Positions 32,423 through 43,834 are shown, numbered from the stretch's first letter. The stretch is 64,000 bases of DNA from Caecitellus pseudoparvulus (GCA_965644315.1 CBFFRQ010000057.1:372001-436000); one strand, 5' to 3'. Numbers and translations are program-made. The notes: generated from the sequence alone by a model not told the origin.

Positions 32423-34218
32423 ATGTACAGCCCACCTGGCAGAAGTCCAACTGGACTGCAGGACACCGCGTTGGCGGCCTTATCTCCTGCTTTCCAGCAC
32501 AGTGCGGCGCTGCTTGGGTGCGTGGCACTGGCTCTGGTTCGCGGCAGACCAGCAGTCTGGTGCTCCGCCCTGCAAGCTGCAACGTGCGAGCTCGTCACTC
32601 ACGCCATCCTCCCGTGTTTGCAGCTCACCAGCATCGACCTTGCGCCCTGCAAGCCACAGTGGTACGAAGCTTCGGCCGGCCCAGAAGCTTGGGTTTGGCG
32701 ACGCGAGGTACGTGTCGCTCCAGCCTTTGCCGAAATCGCGGCACCAGCTCACTTTTTCCGTGCCTGGCTACTCTGCAGCTTTTTCGCTACCGTCAGCAAC
32801 ACTGTCAATCTGCTCATTGGTGCGTATGGCAGGGCGTGCCTCGTGTGCTTGTCCGCCCCCACGAGTCACGCCCCCGGCCGCCACTCGCAGGCTTGGCATT
32901 GCTGGCTTTCCCCTTCGCTTTGGCCAACAGCGGGTGGGTGGGTTTAGTTGTCTTTGGGTTGCTTGCAGCAGCGACGCGATACACGGCGGAGCTCATCGCC
33001 AAGTGCATCGACAAGTGCGGGGGCCCGTTGAAGTGCGGCTCGTACGCCGACTTGGGCATGCACGCGTTCGGTGTGCCGGGTGCAGCGCTCATTACAGCTT
33101 GCTTTTTCTTCGAGCTGCTCGGTGCTGCATGTGCGGGGTACGTGGTGGTGCTGGCTGACAATTTAGAGGAGTTGGACAGTGCACACACGGTTTCTTTCTA
33201 CTGCATTCTCGGCGTCTTGGTTGTGTTGCCGACGACCTGGCTGAAGAATCTCAGCTGGCTGTCGTACTTGTCATTCATTGGCATGCTGTCTGCGGCGGTG
33301 CTGACTGTGGTCGTGCTGTACACTGGTTTGACTCGTGACCAAGCGCCGGGGTCGCTGGCACACCCAGCGCACACTGTGGTGCTGCGTCCAAGATCTATAG
33401 CTTACACGTTCGGCATTTGGATGGCAGGTTTCGCAGGCCATGCAGTCGTGCCACAAATCTACTGCTCCATGGCAAAGCCAGCATCTTTCCCTACCATGCT
33501 GAATGTCGCATACGCTGTCGTCGTGCCCATGTATGTCGTGGTTGCCATCGCAGGGTACCTCATGTACGGCGACAGCGTGCACTCGGAGATATCAGTGAAC
33601 CTTCCTGGCGGTCCACTCACCAAGCTCGTGCTGTGGATGTTGGTGGTGAACTGTGTCGCGAAGTTCGCCTTGACACTCGCCCCAGTGGGCGATGTCACGG
33701 AAGCCATCCTGGACGCCGCGCTCGCGTGCTGCAGCCCTAGCACGGCAGAGGGTCCAAAGCACGATGCTGGGGACGTCGCCACCCCCCCTCGTGGGGGGGG
33801 CATAGCTGCCTTCAGTGTGGAGTCCCCGCGAAGCACACTTGCCACGTTCAGTCCGTCGCTGTACCAGCCGCTCGCTGCCTCCCCGGCGTCACCCCAGCGA
33901 CCGCCCCGTGAGGCCGCTTCAGGGGTGTGCCCCCCGTGGGACGAAGTGAAGAAGTGGTTGCGCATGGTGGCCGTGCGCGGGGTGCTGTGTGGCCTCATTC
34001 TCTTCATTGCCGTGGCCGTCCCGAACTTTGACGTGCTGCTGTCCTTCTGCGGCAGCCTGCTCAGCTTCACCGTGTCCATCGCCTTCCCGCCCCTCGCCTA
34101 CGCGAAGCTGCACAAAGACTCCCTCACCCCCACTGCATGGTGGTTCAACACCTGCCTTGGCGTTCTGGGAGCCGTGCTTGCGGTGGGGGGCACAGTGGCA
34201 TCCGTGCTTGGCGTGTGA
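32423..34218 (+). CDS. Vacuolar/lysosomal amino acid transporter (AAAP/AVT1-like); start uncertain
   Basis: FATVSNTVNLLIG|LALLAFPFALANSGW, SYADLGMHAFG, FAGHAVVPQIYCSM, GYLMYGDSV, and about 11 TMs. The 5' exons are not resolved. Confidence 0.88.
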
Positions 34219-34242
34219 CCCTCCGCAGGTCGGTTGGTGGGG

Positions 34243-34250
34243 AATGCATT
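34243..34250. terminator. Palindromic AATGCATT, putative shared 3'-end signal (AVT / mucolipin)
   Basis: GAATGCATTC overlaps the mucolipin TGA on the minus strand. The stops are 31 bp apart. Confidence 0.7.
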
Positions 34251-37224
34251 CACTTTGGTCCCTTGCGGGCGGGCTTGCGTTTGGGGGCCTCTTCTGAGTT
34301 CCGCCGCATGGCTTCCACGGCATCAGCCCCGAGGAAGAAACGGCCCAGAGGGTCGTCTGGGTTGAGCGCTAGCGCGTGCAGGTCTGGCTTGGCGGCCTGT
34401 TTCAACAGCGACTCCTTCTTGCGCTGGCGCGCCTCTCGCCGTGCCTGTTTTGCCTTCTTGCTGCTGCTCTGCAGCGCAGGGCCGTGTGAAACGCTGCGCC
34501 GGATCAAGCCCGCTTCGTCGGCAGCCAAGGCGGGCCCGCCAGCGGCTGCGGCTGCTGGGCCGCCGGGCGGTGTACCTGGTGCCACAGGACTGCCAGTGTC
34601 CGCCGCAGGTGCAGGCGTGCTCACAGGCATGGCTGACGCTGGCTGCTGTGCAGCTGTGCTGCCCGCCACGCTGCCACCGGTGCTGGCTGCCTGCCCTGCC
34701 CGCCGCATTTCTGCCTGCTGCTGCAGGAGTTTCTCCGACTGCTCGGCGGTGGAGTAGAAGGACTCCTCAATGACGGCGATGAGGATGTTCAGGACGACGT
34801 AGATGAAGAGGGACACGAAGACGTACATGAAGACCTGCCCCATGACGGGGTGGAACTCCATGAGCGTCATGAAGGTCTCACGCACCACGTCGCCGTTCAG
34901 CACTGCGAAGAGGGTCACGGCGGCCGTGGCCACGTCCCCAAAGCGAGGGGCAGTGGCGGCGAAGTAGACGACGGAGAACATGGTGAATGCCATGAATACG
35001 GGAAGGACACCCAGCAGGAAGCGCATGACACGGGGAATGCCCTTGCGCAGCGTGAGGACGAGCGAGTAGTAGTGGGGGTTGTGCTCCAAGTACCGCACGA
35101 GGCTGACCCACAGCAGTGAGCACCCGAAGGCGATCATGAGGGAGTGGAAGGGGGACGTCGGCGCGTGGGCCACGCTGCCTGTCAAATTCAAGACGCAGGC
35201 GACGATGTTGCATATGGAGGCGATGAAGGAGAGGATGGACCAGCGGTTGAAGAGGACCACCTTGCTGGACCAAGGAATGCTGTTCCAGTCCAGCCCCAAG
35301 TCCTCTGCCATGTCCGTGGAGGTGGAGCCATCTGAGGAGGAGGAGGGCCCCCCCTCTTCACCCTCCGGGCCCCCCTCCTGCCCAGCCATCCACTTCAGCG
35401 CCGTGCTGGCCCGGCCGGCGGGGGAGTACAGGTCAGTGTCGTCGGTTGCGACGCGTGTGCGCGTCGGCGTGCGCAGCTTGGGCAGCAGCACTCGGTCGCT
35501 GCCGTCTCGATTGAGTGAGGCTTTGCCCTCCCCGCCGTCGCCGCGTGCGATGCCTGTAACATCGCTGGACGCCCTGTCGCTGCGCACAGACGTGGAGCGC
35601 AGGATGTCATCGGCAGTGTCGGGGCGCCTGGCGGCCTGCTGCAGCAGCTGGGGCGGCATGGGCACCGTCACGCCGTTGCAGTGAATGAGGGCACCGCCAC
35701 CTGACAAGTCGTTCGTGAAGTACGAGTCGGGGTGCTGGATCAGGGCGATGGCTTGGCGGATGAGCGGGTCCCGACTCAGCGCCGCCACGTGCTCATCATC
35801 GCTGCTGCTGCTGCTGTCTTCCGGCGCGTGGCGGCGCCTGTGCCTGCGCTTGCGCCCTGCAGCAGCCCCTGTCGACGCGTCAACGAGCAAGGGCTCCCGC
35901 ATGCTGCGGCGGCGTGGTGGTGTGGGGTCGGGCGGGGCGCGGCAGCAGGGTGTGGCTGCCTGCCACAGCCACTGCACAGGCGAGCGTTGAGGGGTGGAGT
36001 CCTTGGACAGCGCCGCGAACTCGCCTGCGATGGTGTACGTGCGGTACACTGCGCGCAGGAGGAGGAGGAGGTGGGCCGTCGCCAGGACGAGGATGACGAC
36101 GTTCAGCCACAGCAGGCGGTCGCCCAGGCGCTGCACGGCGGATGGGTACTCGTTGCAGGTGCCCACGACGTTGTTCACCATAAGCAGCTGCAGCTGGCCC
36201 CGGTCTGAGAACTTGTACTGCACGACCACCTCCCAGTCCACACACGTCCGGTACAGAGTGCCGAACCCGAACGACTGCAGGGGCAGGGTGAGGATCATGC
36301 CATGCAAGCCCCGGAAGAAGGTGTGCAGGGCTGGCATGGGGAGGGCGTCATCTCCATCTAGTGCCTCCTGCAGGGTGATGTTGTCGGCTGCCAGCGCGGT
36401 GGACAGCGGCCCAAGCCACGTGCTGTTCACGGCGTACGTGTGGCTGACGGTGGAGGGCACGAACGTCTCGTGGGCATCGAACAGCGCCTCAGCGTGGGTG
36501 TACGTCTGCACCGTCAGGTGTGGGGCGGTCGGCACCTCACTTAGTCTGCCATCTGCCCCCCTGTAAAAGTACGTGTCCAGCTGCCGCGCGTTGATGTGGT
36601 AGTAGTTGTCCACTGCTCGGTGCACGGCGGCCAGCGCACCCTGCATGGTGTACACTTGCCATGCGGGGTCGGAGAAGTCGTAGTCCTCAGGGTAGAACAG
36701 GTACAGGAAGTTCCTGTTAGACGCCAGGTACCACGAGTTGTCCTGCGTGTTCAGCACGATCACCTGCGGCAGAGGGTGTCGGTGAGCGTGCGGAAATTGG
36801 CTCGCCTCCCCACACACGCCTCTGACTCACCTGCGCTGTCACGAGGGCGACGAGCAGGACATTGAGCAGGATCTTCCACGGGAAAATGCCGTAGTACTTG
36901 AACTTCTCCCACGTCGGCAAGAACAGCCGCTCTCGGAGCCCAAGCTGCTCCTTGGGGCGAGGGGGTGTGCCCGAGCTGCGGTGGGAGAGAGGCAAACCTT
37001 GCACAGCGCACGGTGCCAAGCGCACAGAAGCAGGGTGCCGGCGAACCCCAATACCAGCAGTAGTGAAGTGTGGGATGATAACATCACACGGCACTGAGCG
37101 AGCCTCAGCGTCGAGGTTTTCGCCACGATGCTCGTCGCTGAAATGGTGCACTGCACTTGGCCCGCACGCACCTGCAGCACAAGTACGACCACGGAGGAGG
37201 GTACTCCTTTGCGTGGCACAGCAT
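34250..37224 (-). CDS. Mucolipin (TRPML)-like cation channel; start uncertain
   Basis: LFLPTWEKFKYYGIFPWKILLNVLLVALVTAQ (mucolipin pre-S1/S1), a large luminal loop, WVSLVRYL, pore LFAVLNGDVVRETF, and S6 LFIYVVLNILIAVIEESF. Confidence 0.87.
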
Positions 37225-37604
37225 CAGAGAAATCTAATGAAAAGCTTTATTCTTTACACAGAAGCACCGAGCGCGAAGGCTCAGGGACGGCGGCAAAGCT
37301 GACACTGTTGTGGGCTGCGGAGGTTCGGCAGTGGCTCAGGGTCACGAGCGCAGCAGCGAGACCAAGGCACAGTTCCGGAGAAAGCCCAGTGGCGCGAGGG
37401 AAAGCAGTGTGCCCAACAGTGGCAAGCCGGCGAAAGTCACCCGGCACATTGTTTTGATGCAGGCGTTCATTGTGCGGGCGGGAGAGCAGAGCGGCTCGAG
37501 GTTCTGGGTGGGAACAAGCAATCCATACACCCTGCGCTGCCCAGCGAAGCCGTTGCGTTGCTGCAGCGGGCAGGCTATCACAGACCTGAGCTTGAAGTCC
37601 AATT

Positions 37605-38984
37605 TCAGGTGCAGGGTGCCGTGCATGCGGCATTTGGCGCGCCCTCGGTTGAGTGCGAGAGCGCGTCGCGCTCAGCTTGACGCGGCACTGTTGCTGCTTG
37701 GTTCAAGACGGCACCCTGCGCTTGCTGCGATGTTCGAAACCAAGTCTGCGCAGCTGTCAGATGTCTAGGCAGCACAGGAGGGGGTTCAATAGGCCACTCG
37801 CCATCGCCAGAGTCAGTGGGACCGCTGCCTGGAGCGGCGCCTGCCAGCGCCTCCTGCAGGGGAAGCCAGGCAGCGTAGCGGACCATGGCCGCCACATCGG
37901 CTCCAGAGCACCCTTGCGTAGCCGTGGCCAGGGCACGTGCATGCTCCGGCGTGATGCAGTGGGGCGTGTTCCCAGCTTGGAGGCTTGCAGTGACAATGCT
38001 CGCTCGCTGGTCAGTGTCTGGAAGTGGCACGGCCGCCACGCGCATGCGGCGCAGAACGGCAGGGTCAATGGCCTCTGGTCGATTGGTAGCGGCGAGGAGC
38101 ACCGTGCGGTGCCCTCCTTGCTGGCCTACAGCTGCAGCCAGCGTGTCCAGTTCCAGGAGAAGCTGGCAGACCAGCCTGGCAGGTGCGACGGCGTCGCAGG
38201 CGCTTCGACGCGGGGCTATGCTGTCCAGCTCGTCAATGCACAGGACGCTGCAGGACGACGTGGCTGCAGCTGCCCGTGCATGGGCAAATGCCCGGCTGAG
38301 GCTGCCCTCGCTACCACCCGTGTACCTGGACAGGACATCTGAGGGGCTCAGGAAGATGCAGGCAGCGCCCACAGCCTCAGCCGCTGCCTGCATGAGGGAA
38401 GACTTGCCCGTGCCAGGAGGCCCAGTCAAGAGCAGTGCTGTGGGCGCTTGGCGGGCGCCACGTAGCCACTCTGGTGGCAGCAGGAGGGGCAGTAGCAGCG
38501 TGTGCTGCAGGGCAGCTTTCGCGTCCTGTGCCCCTGCAATGTGCTTCAGGGCAAGGTGGAAGGCGTGCGCAGTGACTTTGGAAAGTGGCGAACGCGCGCA
38601 TGCTGCCTTGATGCTTGCCGCTTTGGGGTCTCGCTGCAGCTGTGCCGTCTGCGCAGTGTCTTTGGTGCTGGCTACCGAGTCCACCGGCTCAAGGGCAAGG
38701 TCTCCCTGCTTGAAATGCTGGGGGCGAAGGATGCGTGCTGAGGAAGGTGAGCTTGGTGTGTCCCGGCTTTGGGCTCCGCAAGGGCTGTTGATGCTGCTTG
38801 TGCGTGCGGTTTTTGCAGACGGCTCCTGCGTTGCACGTCGCGCAACACATGCCCGCTTCACTGCCCCAGAGCCGCAGCACACCAATGTGCCTGAGTGCAA
38901 TGCATGCACCTGGTGGCCTTTCAAAGCCTCAGCATTGCTGCTGGCTTGGTTTGTGCCGGTCAGACGTGGACGGGCGGGCTGCAT
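37605..38984 (-). CDS. AAA+ ATPase (meiotic clade: katanin/spastin/fidgetin/VPS4-like); start uncertain
   Basis: IAGAQDAKAAL, GPPGTGKS (Walker A), IDELDSI (Walker B) and AATNRPEAIDPAVLRR (SRH). Confidence 0.85.
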   Translation of the reverse strand: MQPARPRLTGTNQASSNAEALKGHQVHALHSGTLVCCGSGAVKRACVARRATQEPSAKTARTSSINSPCGAQSRDTPSSPSSARILRPQHFKQGDLALEPVDSVASTKDTAQTAQLQRDPKAASIKAACARSPLSKVTAHAFHLALKHIAGAQDAKAALQHTLLLPLLLPPEWLRGARQAPTALLLTGPPGTGKSSLMQAAAEAVGAACIFLSPSDVLSRYTGGSEGSLSRAFAHARAAAATSSCSVLCIDELDSIAPRRSACDAVAPARLVCQLLLELDTLAAAVGQQGGHRTVLLAATNRPEAIDPAVLRRMRVAAVPLPDTDQRASIVTASLQAGNTPHCITPEHARALATATQGCSGADVAAMVRYAAWLPLQEALAGAAPGSGPTDSGDGEWPIEPPPVLPRHLTAAQTWFRTSQQAQGAVLNQAATVPRQAERDALSHSTEGAPNAACTAPCT

Positions 38985-38985
38985 T
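38980..38985 (-). terminator. AATGCA putative 3'-end signal (NAF1)
   Basis: 52 nt after the stop. Confidence 0.5.
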
Positions 38986-39037
38986 GAGGAGAGGCGTTTG
39001 GTCCGCGTTGCAAGGAGACCCCGCCAGTGGCACCCGC

Positions 39038-40723
39038 TCACGACGACGACGGGGGTGGCGGTGGTGGCGGTACCTGCCCTTGTGCAGCATTGTTATTCGC
39101 CAGTGAAGTGTTTTGGCCACGGTTCATGGCTGCCGCGGCACGGGATGCAGCAGCCATGAACTGAGCTGCCGCCGAGCTGGGCGCGTGCTGGTGCGCTGGT
39201 GGCACGGTGTGGGATGTTGGGAAGTGCACCATGCCAGCTTGGAACTGGGGTGCTGGCGCGGTGTACCCCATGCCTGGAGGTGCCATCGTGTGGCTGCTGG
39301 CCATGGCATGGTGCATGCTGGCGATGCGGGCTTGCAGCGCCGCAATTTGAGCCTGCTGCGCGGCAATGGTCGCTCCCATGTCGCCCGCCGGCGCGTGCGC
39401 ACCCCCTGCTGAGGATCGGTTGCCACGACTGCGCTTGCTGCGCCCTCGGCGCCTGCCGTCGCCCTCGACACCCCCTCCGCCCCCGGCAGCCTGCGCTGCC
39501 GTGGCTAAATCTGGCGCTTCCTGGCTGCTGGCGCCAGGCCTAGCCCGCCGGCGCACCCTGCGAGCAGCCGCCTCCGCCTCGTCGTCGCTGAACTCTGCGT
39601 CCGACGCCTCTTCGTCGTACCTATTGGAGGCGTCTGTGGCGGGGGCCACTCGGCACAGGGCCGGGTTCACCGTCGCGCTGTACTCCACGATGCTGACCAC
39701 GGCATCCCCAGGGGAGATGTCATCCATGTGCGCCAGGGTGTGCTCCCGCTGCACCCCCTCCTCCGCCACCGCCGCCGCCACCTCCTCCTCTGCAGTGCCT
39801 GGTGCCGCCTCTGCAGCGGGCTGGGACACCGCCGCCTGGGCCGGTCGGCACTGCGCAGCGGTGAGGCGTACGACGTAGCAGGGCTGGGACACCGCCCCGA
39901 ACACCTCGTCGATGCGACCCAGAACACGCAGCGGGGCTTGGTTCTCCCCCGCCAAGGCCAGCAGGGACCCTTCCTCCAGCACACCTGCCGCCACCTCCGC
40001 CAGCACCCCCCGAAGTGGGGAAGCCCCATGTGCCAGGCCGCCTGAGGGGGCGAGGGGAAGGGGCGCTGGTGTGCCGGCGGCTGCCCCCGGATGCTGCACG
40101 ATGACCGTGCCCTGGTCAGGCTGAGTGAACAGCACGTTGCCTGCCGGCTGGATGGTGCAGTCGGCGCCCACTGCCACCTGCAGCGGCTCGGCGAAGGTGG
40201 GGGGGGCGCTCTCGTGGGCTGTGCGCAGGGGGCCGCTGGCCTCCCCCGTGTCATCGTCATGGTCAGCTGGCCCAGCGCCGGCAGTGGGGCCGCCCGTGGC
40301 GTCCCCTGCATGTGCTTTGGGAGTCGCCTGTTGGTCGGGCTCGAGCGCGGGCGCGCCGCCGGCACCGCCCTCCTCTTCGCTGCTGCTGCCTTCGTCCAGG
40401 CTGCTGGCAGGGGCAGCCTCGTCCTCAGCTCGCTGCACTGGGACAGGCACGGGGTCTGTGTCATCTTCAGCTGATGCAGCTGCCACGGCAGCTGCCAAGA
40501 CGTCGGTCGTCATGCCCAGGTGGTCTGGGGTCCACTCTGGCTCGCGCATGGCCGCAGCAAGTTCCGCAGCGAGGTGCTCCAGGTCGCCCTGGGGGGCGGT
40601 GCCTTGAGGCAAGTCAGTGCTGGGTTGGGCAGGCAGGGATGCAATGCGTGCTGCTTCCTTTGCTTCGGCCTCTGCGTGGGCTTGCGCCACGCTCAGGTCG
40701 CTGGGGGCGCCGTTCTCAGCCAT
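39038..40723 (-). CDS. NAF1: H/ACA RNP assembly factor NAF1 (Gar1/Naf1 domain)
   Basis: VLEEGSLL...LGRIDEVFGAVSQPCYVVR and the NAF1 signature DASNRYDEE..EFSDDEAE. Confidence 0.85.
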   Translation of the reverse strand: MAENGAPSDLSVAQAHAEAEAKEAARIASLPAQPSTDLPQGTAPQGDLEHLAAELAAAMREPEWTPDHLGMTTDVLAAAVAAASAEDDTDPVPVPVQRAEDEAAPASSLDEGSSSEEEGGAGGAPALEPDQQATPKAHAGDATGGPTAGAGPADHDDDTGEASGPLRTAHESAPPTFAEPLQVAVGADCTIQPAGNVLFTQPDQGTVIVQHPGAAAGTPAPLPLAPSGGLAHGASPLRGVLAEVAAGVLEEGSLLALAGENQAPLRVLGRIDEVFGAVSQPCYVVRLTAAQCRPAQAAVSQPAAEAAPGTAEEEVAAAVAEEGVQREHTLAHMDDISPGDAVVSIVEYSATVNPALCRVAPATDASNRYDEEASDAEFSDDEAEAAARRVRRRARPGASSQEAPDLATAAQAAGGGGGVEGDGRRRGRSKRSRGNRSSAGGAHAPAGDMGATIAAQQAQIAALQARIASMHHAMASSHTMAPPGMGYTAPAPQFQAGMVHFPTSHTVPPAHQHAPSSAAAQFMAAASRAAAAMNRGQNTSLANNNAAQGQVPPPPPPPSSS

Positions 40724-40940
40724 GGCTGCGGAAATTGCCTCGTTCCCAAGTCGGCAGAGGCAGCGGGCACGGTACGCCTGTCCCTGCTCAACACAAACCA
40801 GTCGGCGCCGTGTCTCGACCAATCATTCATGAAGACCAGTTCGCTCGCTCGTGGTGCGTCCTGCACCGCTTCAGTTTTGTGCCGTCCAGGCTGTGTCTCG
40901 CACAGCCGCTGCTTGCCGAGAACCGAGCTGTGACGACTGC

Positions 40941-42037
40941 ATGGCGTCTGCGGCAGCAGAGGCACAGCCGGAAGGCGTGCCGGACACCCTGTCTCCAGAT
41001 GCAGAGGAGGCCATGTTGGAGGCGGAGGACCTCTTCTTCGAAGGCGTGTTGGACGCCGCCGAAGACAAGGTGGTTGAGGTGTTGGCGAGCCACCCCGCCA
41101 ACCGGGAGGCGCTCCTGCTGCTGTGGCAGCTGCAGACGCAGCAGGTGGGTGGCGCGGGGCGAATGCTCCGCACCCTGTACACGCCCCCCTCCCCCGCTGT
41201 TGCCCGGCACAGCTGAAGGATACCGCTGCCCTCGGCACAGCACAGCGACTGGCGTCGCTGCCCGGCGATGGCGCCGCTGCGGCTGACATGCTCATCGCCT
41301 CCGCCGCTGCCGTGTCTCCCAGCAGCAAGGGGCAAGCTGTGCTGGAGGGTTTCCTGGCGGCAGACGCCAGCAGTGGCGCGCTCTCCCGTGCTGGCGCCAA
41401 GGCCCGTGCCGTGCTGGTGGAGCTGGAGGGGGGGGGCATGTCCGCCACCACGGCAGCCTGGCTAGCACCGCCCCTGCGCGAGGCGGCCAAGGCAGCCCTG
41501 GGCCTGCTGGCATCCCCGCCTGCAGACGATGCAGGCGCGCCCGTGTCCCCTGCAGCGCTGGAAGAGGCACTGTACACTGCGTGGGGTGAGGCTGGAGCGG
41601 CGGGGGGGGAGGCGGAGGCGGCCGGAGCCGTGGAGGACATGCTGGGCGTGCTGCGGTGCGCCCGGGCCAGTGCGGACTTCCCCACGCAGCAGGTGCTGCC
41701 TTTGGCGCTGGCCCTACTGGCGTGCTTGCTGCTGCAGGTGGGGGAGGCGGGCGCAGCGGGGGATGTGGTGGCGGCGGCATCCGGTGTGGAGGCGCCCCTG
41801 GCGTGCAGTGGGGATGTGAACATCACAGGCGCGCGGTGCTTGGTGTCGGCGAGCGGCGGCGACGCCCAGGCGAGGGGTGACTCCGAGTCACTCGCGGCCA
41901 CAGGCGGCTTGGCGCTGTCGCCCCTCATTCGCCGCCGCCTGCTGACCCTACCCGCAGCTGCGCCGGCACAGGAGGGGGGCGCAGAGGACGCGTACGACCC
42001 ACGCCTGGACGAGCGTGATCCCTTCTTCGGGATGTGA
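40941..42037 (+). CDS. Hypothetical helical (possibly TPR-like) protein, one intron
   Basis: Exon 1 (MASAAAEAQ...LQTQQ) joins in frame through gtgggt...cacag (about 41144-41212) to the ORF ending YDPRLDERDPFFGM. AATGCA follows the stop. Confidence 0.6.
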
Positions 42038-42038
42038 G

Positions 42039-42046
42039 AATGCATT
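42039..42046. terminator. Palindromic AATGCATT, putative shared 3'-end signal (orphan / SDHC)
   Basis: Occupies 8 of the 14 bp between the two stop codons. Confidence 0.7.
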
Positions 42047-42051
42047 TGCGG

Positions 42052-42671
42052 TTAGAACTCCACGACGGCAGCGAGCAGTGTGGCGGTGGCGGTGCCCGCC
42101 AGCAGCGCATAGGCGCCCTGCTCCACCTCCTTGATCTCATGCCCCTTCACCTGGTCCCACATCTGCGCGCAGGGAAACGATTCGTGTGGGCCCCTGCCTG
42201 GCGCGCCTTCAAGCGGGGGGGCGTGCGCGAGGGCGTACCAGATGACGCATGCCATGGCCGAAATGGTAGGCGAGGGCACCGCCCACCGCGGCGCGCACCA
42301 AGGGAGCCACGCCAGCCTCGTGCAGGGCGGTGGTCATCTCCAGAATGCTGGTACCTGTGCCTGCCAAGCCCAGGGACACTGCTGCCAGGCCTGTGAGGCG
42401 GGGTGGCGGCTGATGTGCGGGGGCAGCCGGCCTGCGGAAATCCGCGTCACGCACCGACTGTCATGCCCACGCCAGTGCCACGGAAAGCGATGGAGGTCAT
42501 AGCGTTGAGGGGCAGGCGGTAAATGGTCAAATGGGGCGACAGGGGGCGCTGCACTTCCCCAGCCTTGGTGGCCAGCATGGCTCGGGCCGCCACGGGCGTA
42601 GCGGCTGCCACTGGCGCCTGCACAGCAGACAGGCGGGCAGCCATGCCGGCAGTAGCGCGGGCGAGGGCCAT
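42052..42671 (-). CDS. SDHC: Succinate dehydrogenase cytochrome b560 subunit (SDH3), 2 introns
   Basis: RPLSPHLTIYRLPLNAMTSIAFRGTG and ALAYHFGHGMRHL|MWD. Presequence MALARATAGMAARL. Confidence 0.93.
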
Positions 42672-42750
42672 GTCGTCGAGGGATTCGCGCGTGTGGGAGC
42701 ACAGGTGCTTCGTGTCTGTTGGTAGCGGCCGGGTTGCCGTTCGTTGGTTG

Positions 42751-42756
42751 TGCATT
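42751..42756 (-). terminator. AATGCA putative 3'-end signal (SDHD)
   Basis: 31 nt after the stop. Confidence 0.55.
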
Positions 42757-42787
42757 TCGTTTTGGTAGTGCCCCGGGCTGAGGCCGC

Positions 42788-43479
42788 TCACGCGTCGGCC
42801 TCCTCGGCAGCCTTGGCCTTGGGGGGCGCCACCCACAGGCTCTTCACGCCGGCTGACAGCCCGACGTCGGCGAAGTTGAGGCGGGCCAGGGCAGCGGCGG
42901 TGAGGACAGTGACGCCTGCCAGGGCCATAAGGGCCATGCGCTGCTGCTGGGGCTCCCAGATGTAGTCCACGATGACGCTGCGCATGCCGATGTGTGTGTG
43001 CAGGGGGATGGCGACGTTCAGCACCATGTCTGCGACGCTGGTCATGGGCGCGCCGAACAAGAGAGCCACTGGCACACCGGCGGCCAGTGCGTAAGACGAG
43101 TAGTGGTACACCTCCTTCACTGTGCTGGCCTTCACGGAGCCGGGGATGAGAGCTGCAGGGGGGAGGACAATGCAGAGGTGAGGGGGCACAAATAGGTGTG
43201 CAGTCGGGGGCCGGCCAGAGTCGTCCTGGGCAGGCCTGTCACCGTGCGTGGTGCATGTGGGCACCTGCGGAACTTACCGTCGGCCTGGCTGTAGACACCC
43301 TGCGACGTAGCCATGCCGCGCGCAGCAACTGCGAAACGCACAGGGACCCCAAGGGGGGATGAGCGCGGATAGCACACAGAGGGGGGGAGCGGGCGCTGGT
43401 TCGCACTGTGCAGGGAGGGCAGGGCTGGGCGGCTGCTCAGCGCCAGGTGAGCTGCTGATGTGGCAGCCTTTCGCATCAT
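42788..43479 (-). CDS. SDHD: Succinate dehydrogenase small membrane anchor (SDH4/CybS), spliced
   Basis: YHYSSYALAAGVPVAL...DMVLNVAIPLHTHIGMRSVIVDYI. Presequence MMRKAATSAAHL|...AARGMATS. Confidence 0.9.
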
Positions 43480-43834
43480 GGTGACCGGTGGGTGGCGTGT
43501 GCGCTGGTTGGTGGGCGACCATAGCACTGTGACGTAGGAGGGGGCAAATGCTGGAGGCGTGAGAGGGTTTGGCCTTGCGCGAGGGCTGCGCTGCGCAGGG
43601 TCGGAGTGTGGGGGGGGTAGAGAGCACAGCCCAGCAGCGCGAAGGGCTCCAGGTGCAGTCACGCGTCAAAACGCATGCACATATCTGCCCGCACCCCGCC
43701 CTGTACTTCACTCCCACTCGCCGTGGTCGTGCGCTACGTCGCCTTGGCTCCGGTGCCTTTCAAGAGCAGGCTTGGCGGCTGTTGCCAGGCACAATTCCGC
43801 ACTGCTGCAGAGGCAAGGCGCGGCACAAGCAGCC

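Noticed and set aside
31609-32880. The 869-aa ORF suggesting a long N-terminal extension on the amino acid transporter
   Set aside because: This part overlaps the 5' exons of the CTL gene and the intergenic region. The true transporter N-terminus is in another frame and is joined by introns.
38897-38905. AATGCA on the + strand near the AAA gene 5' region
   Set aside because: No + strand gene ends nearby, so it is treated as background. Occasional copies also occur inside coding regions (e.g. 26078, 40643), so the motif alone is not sufficient.
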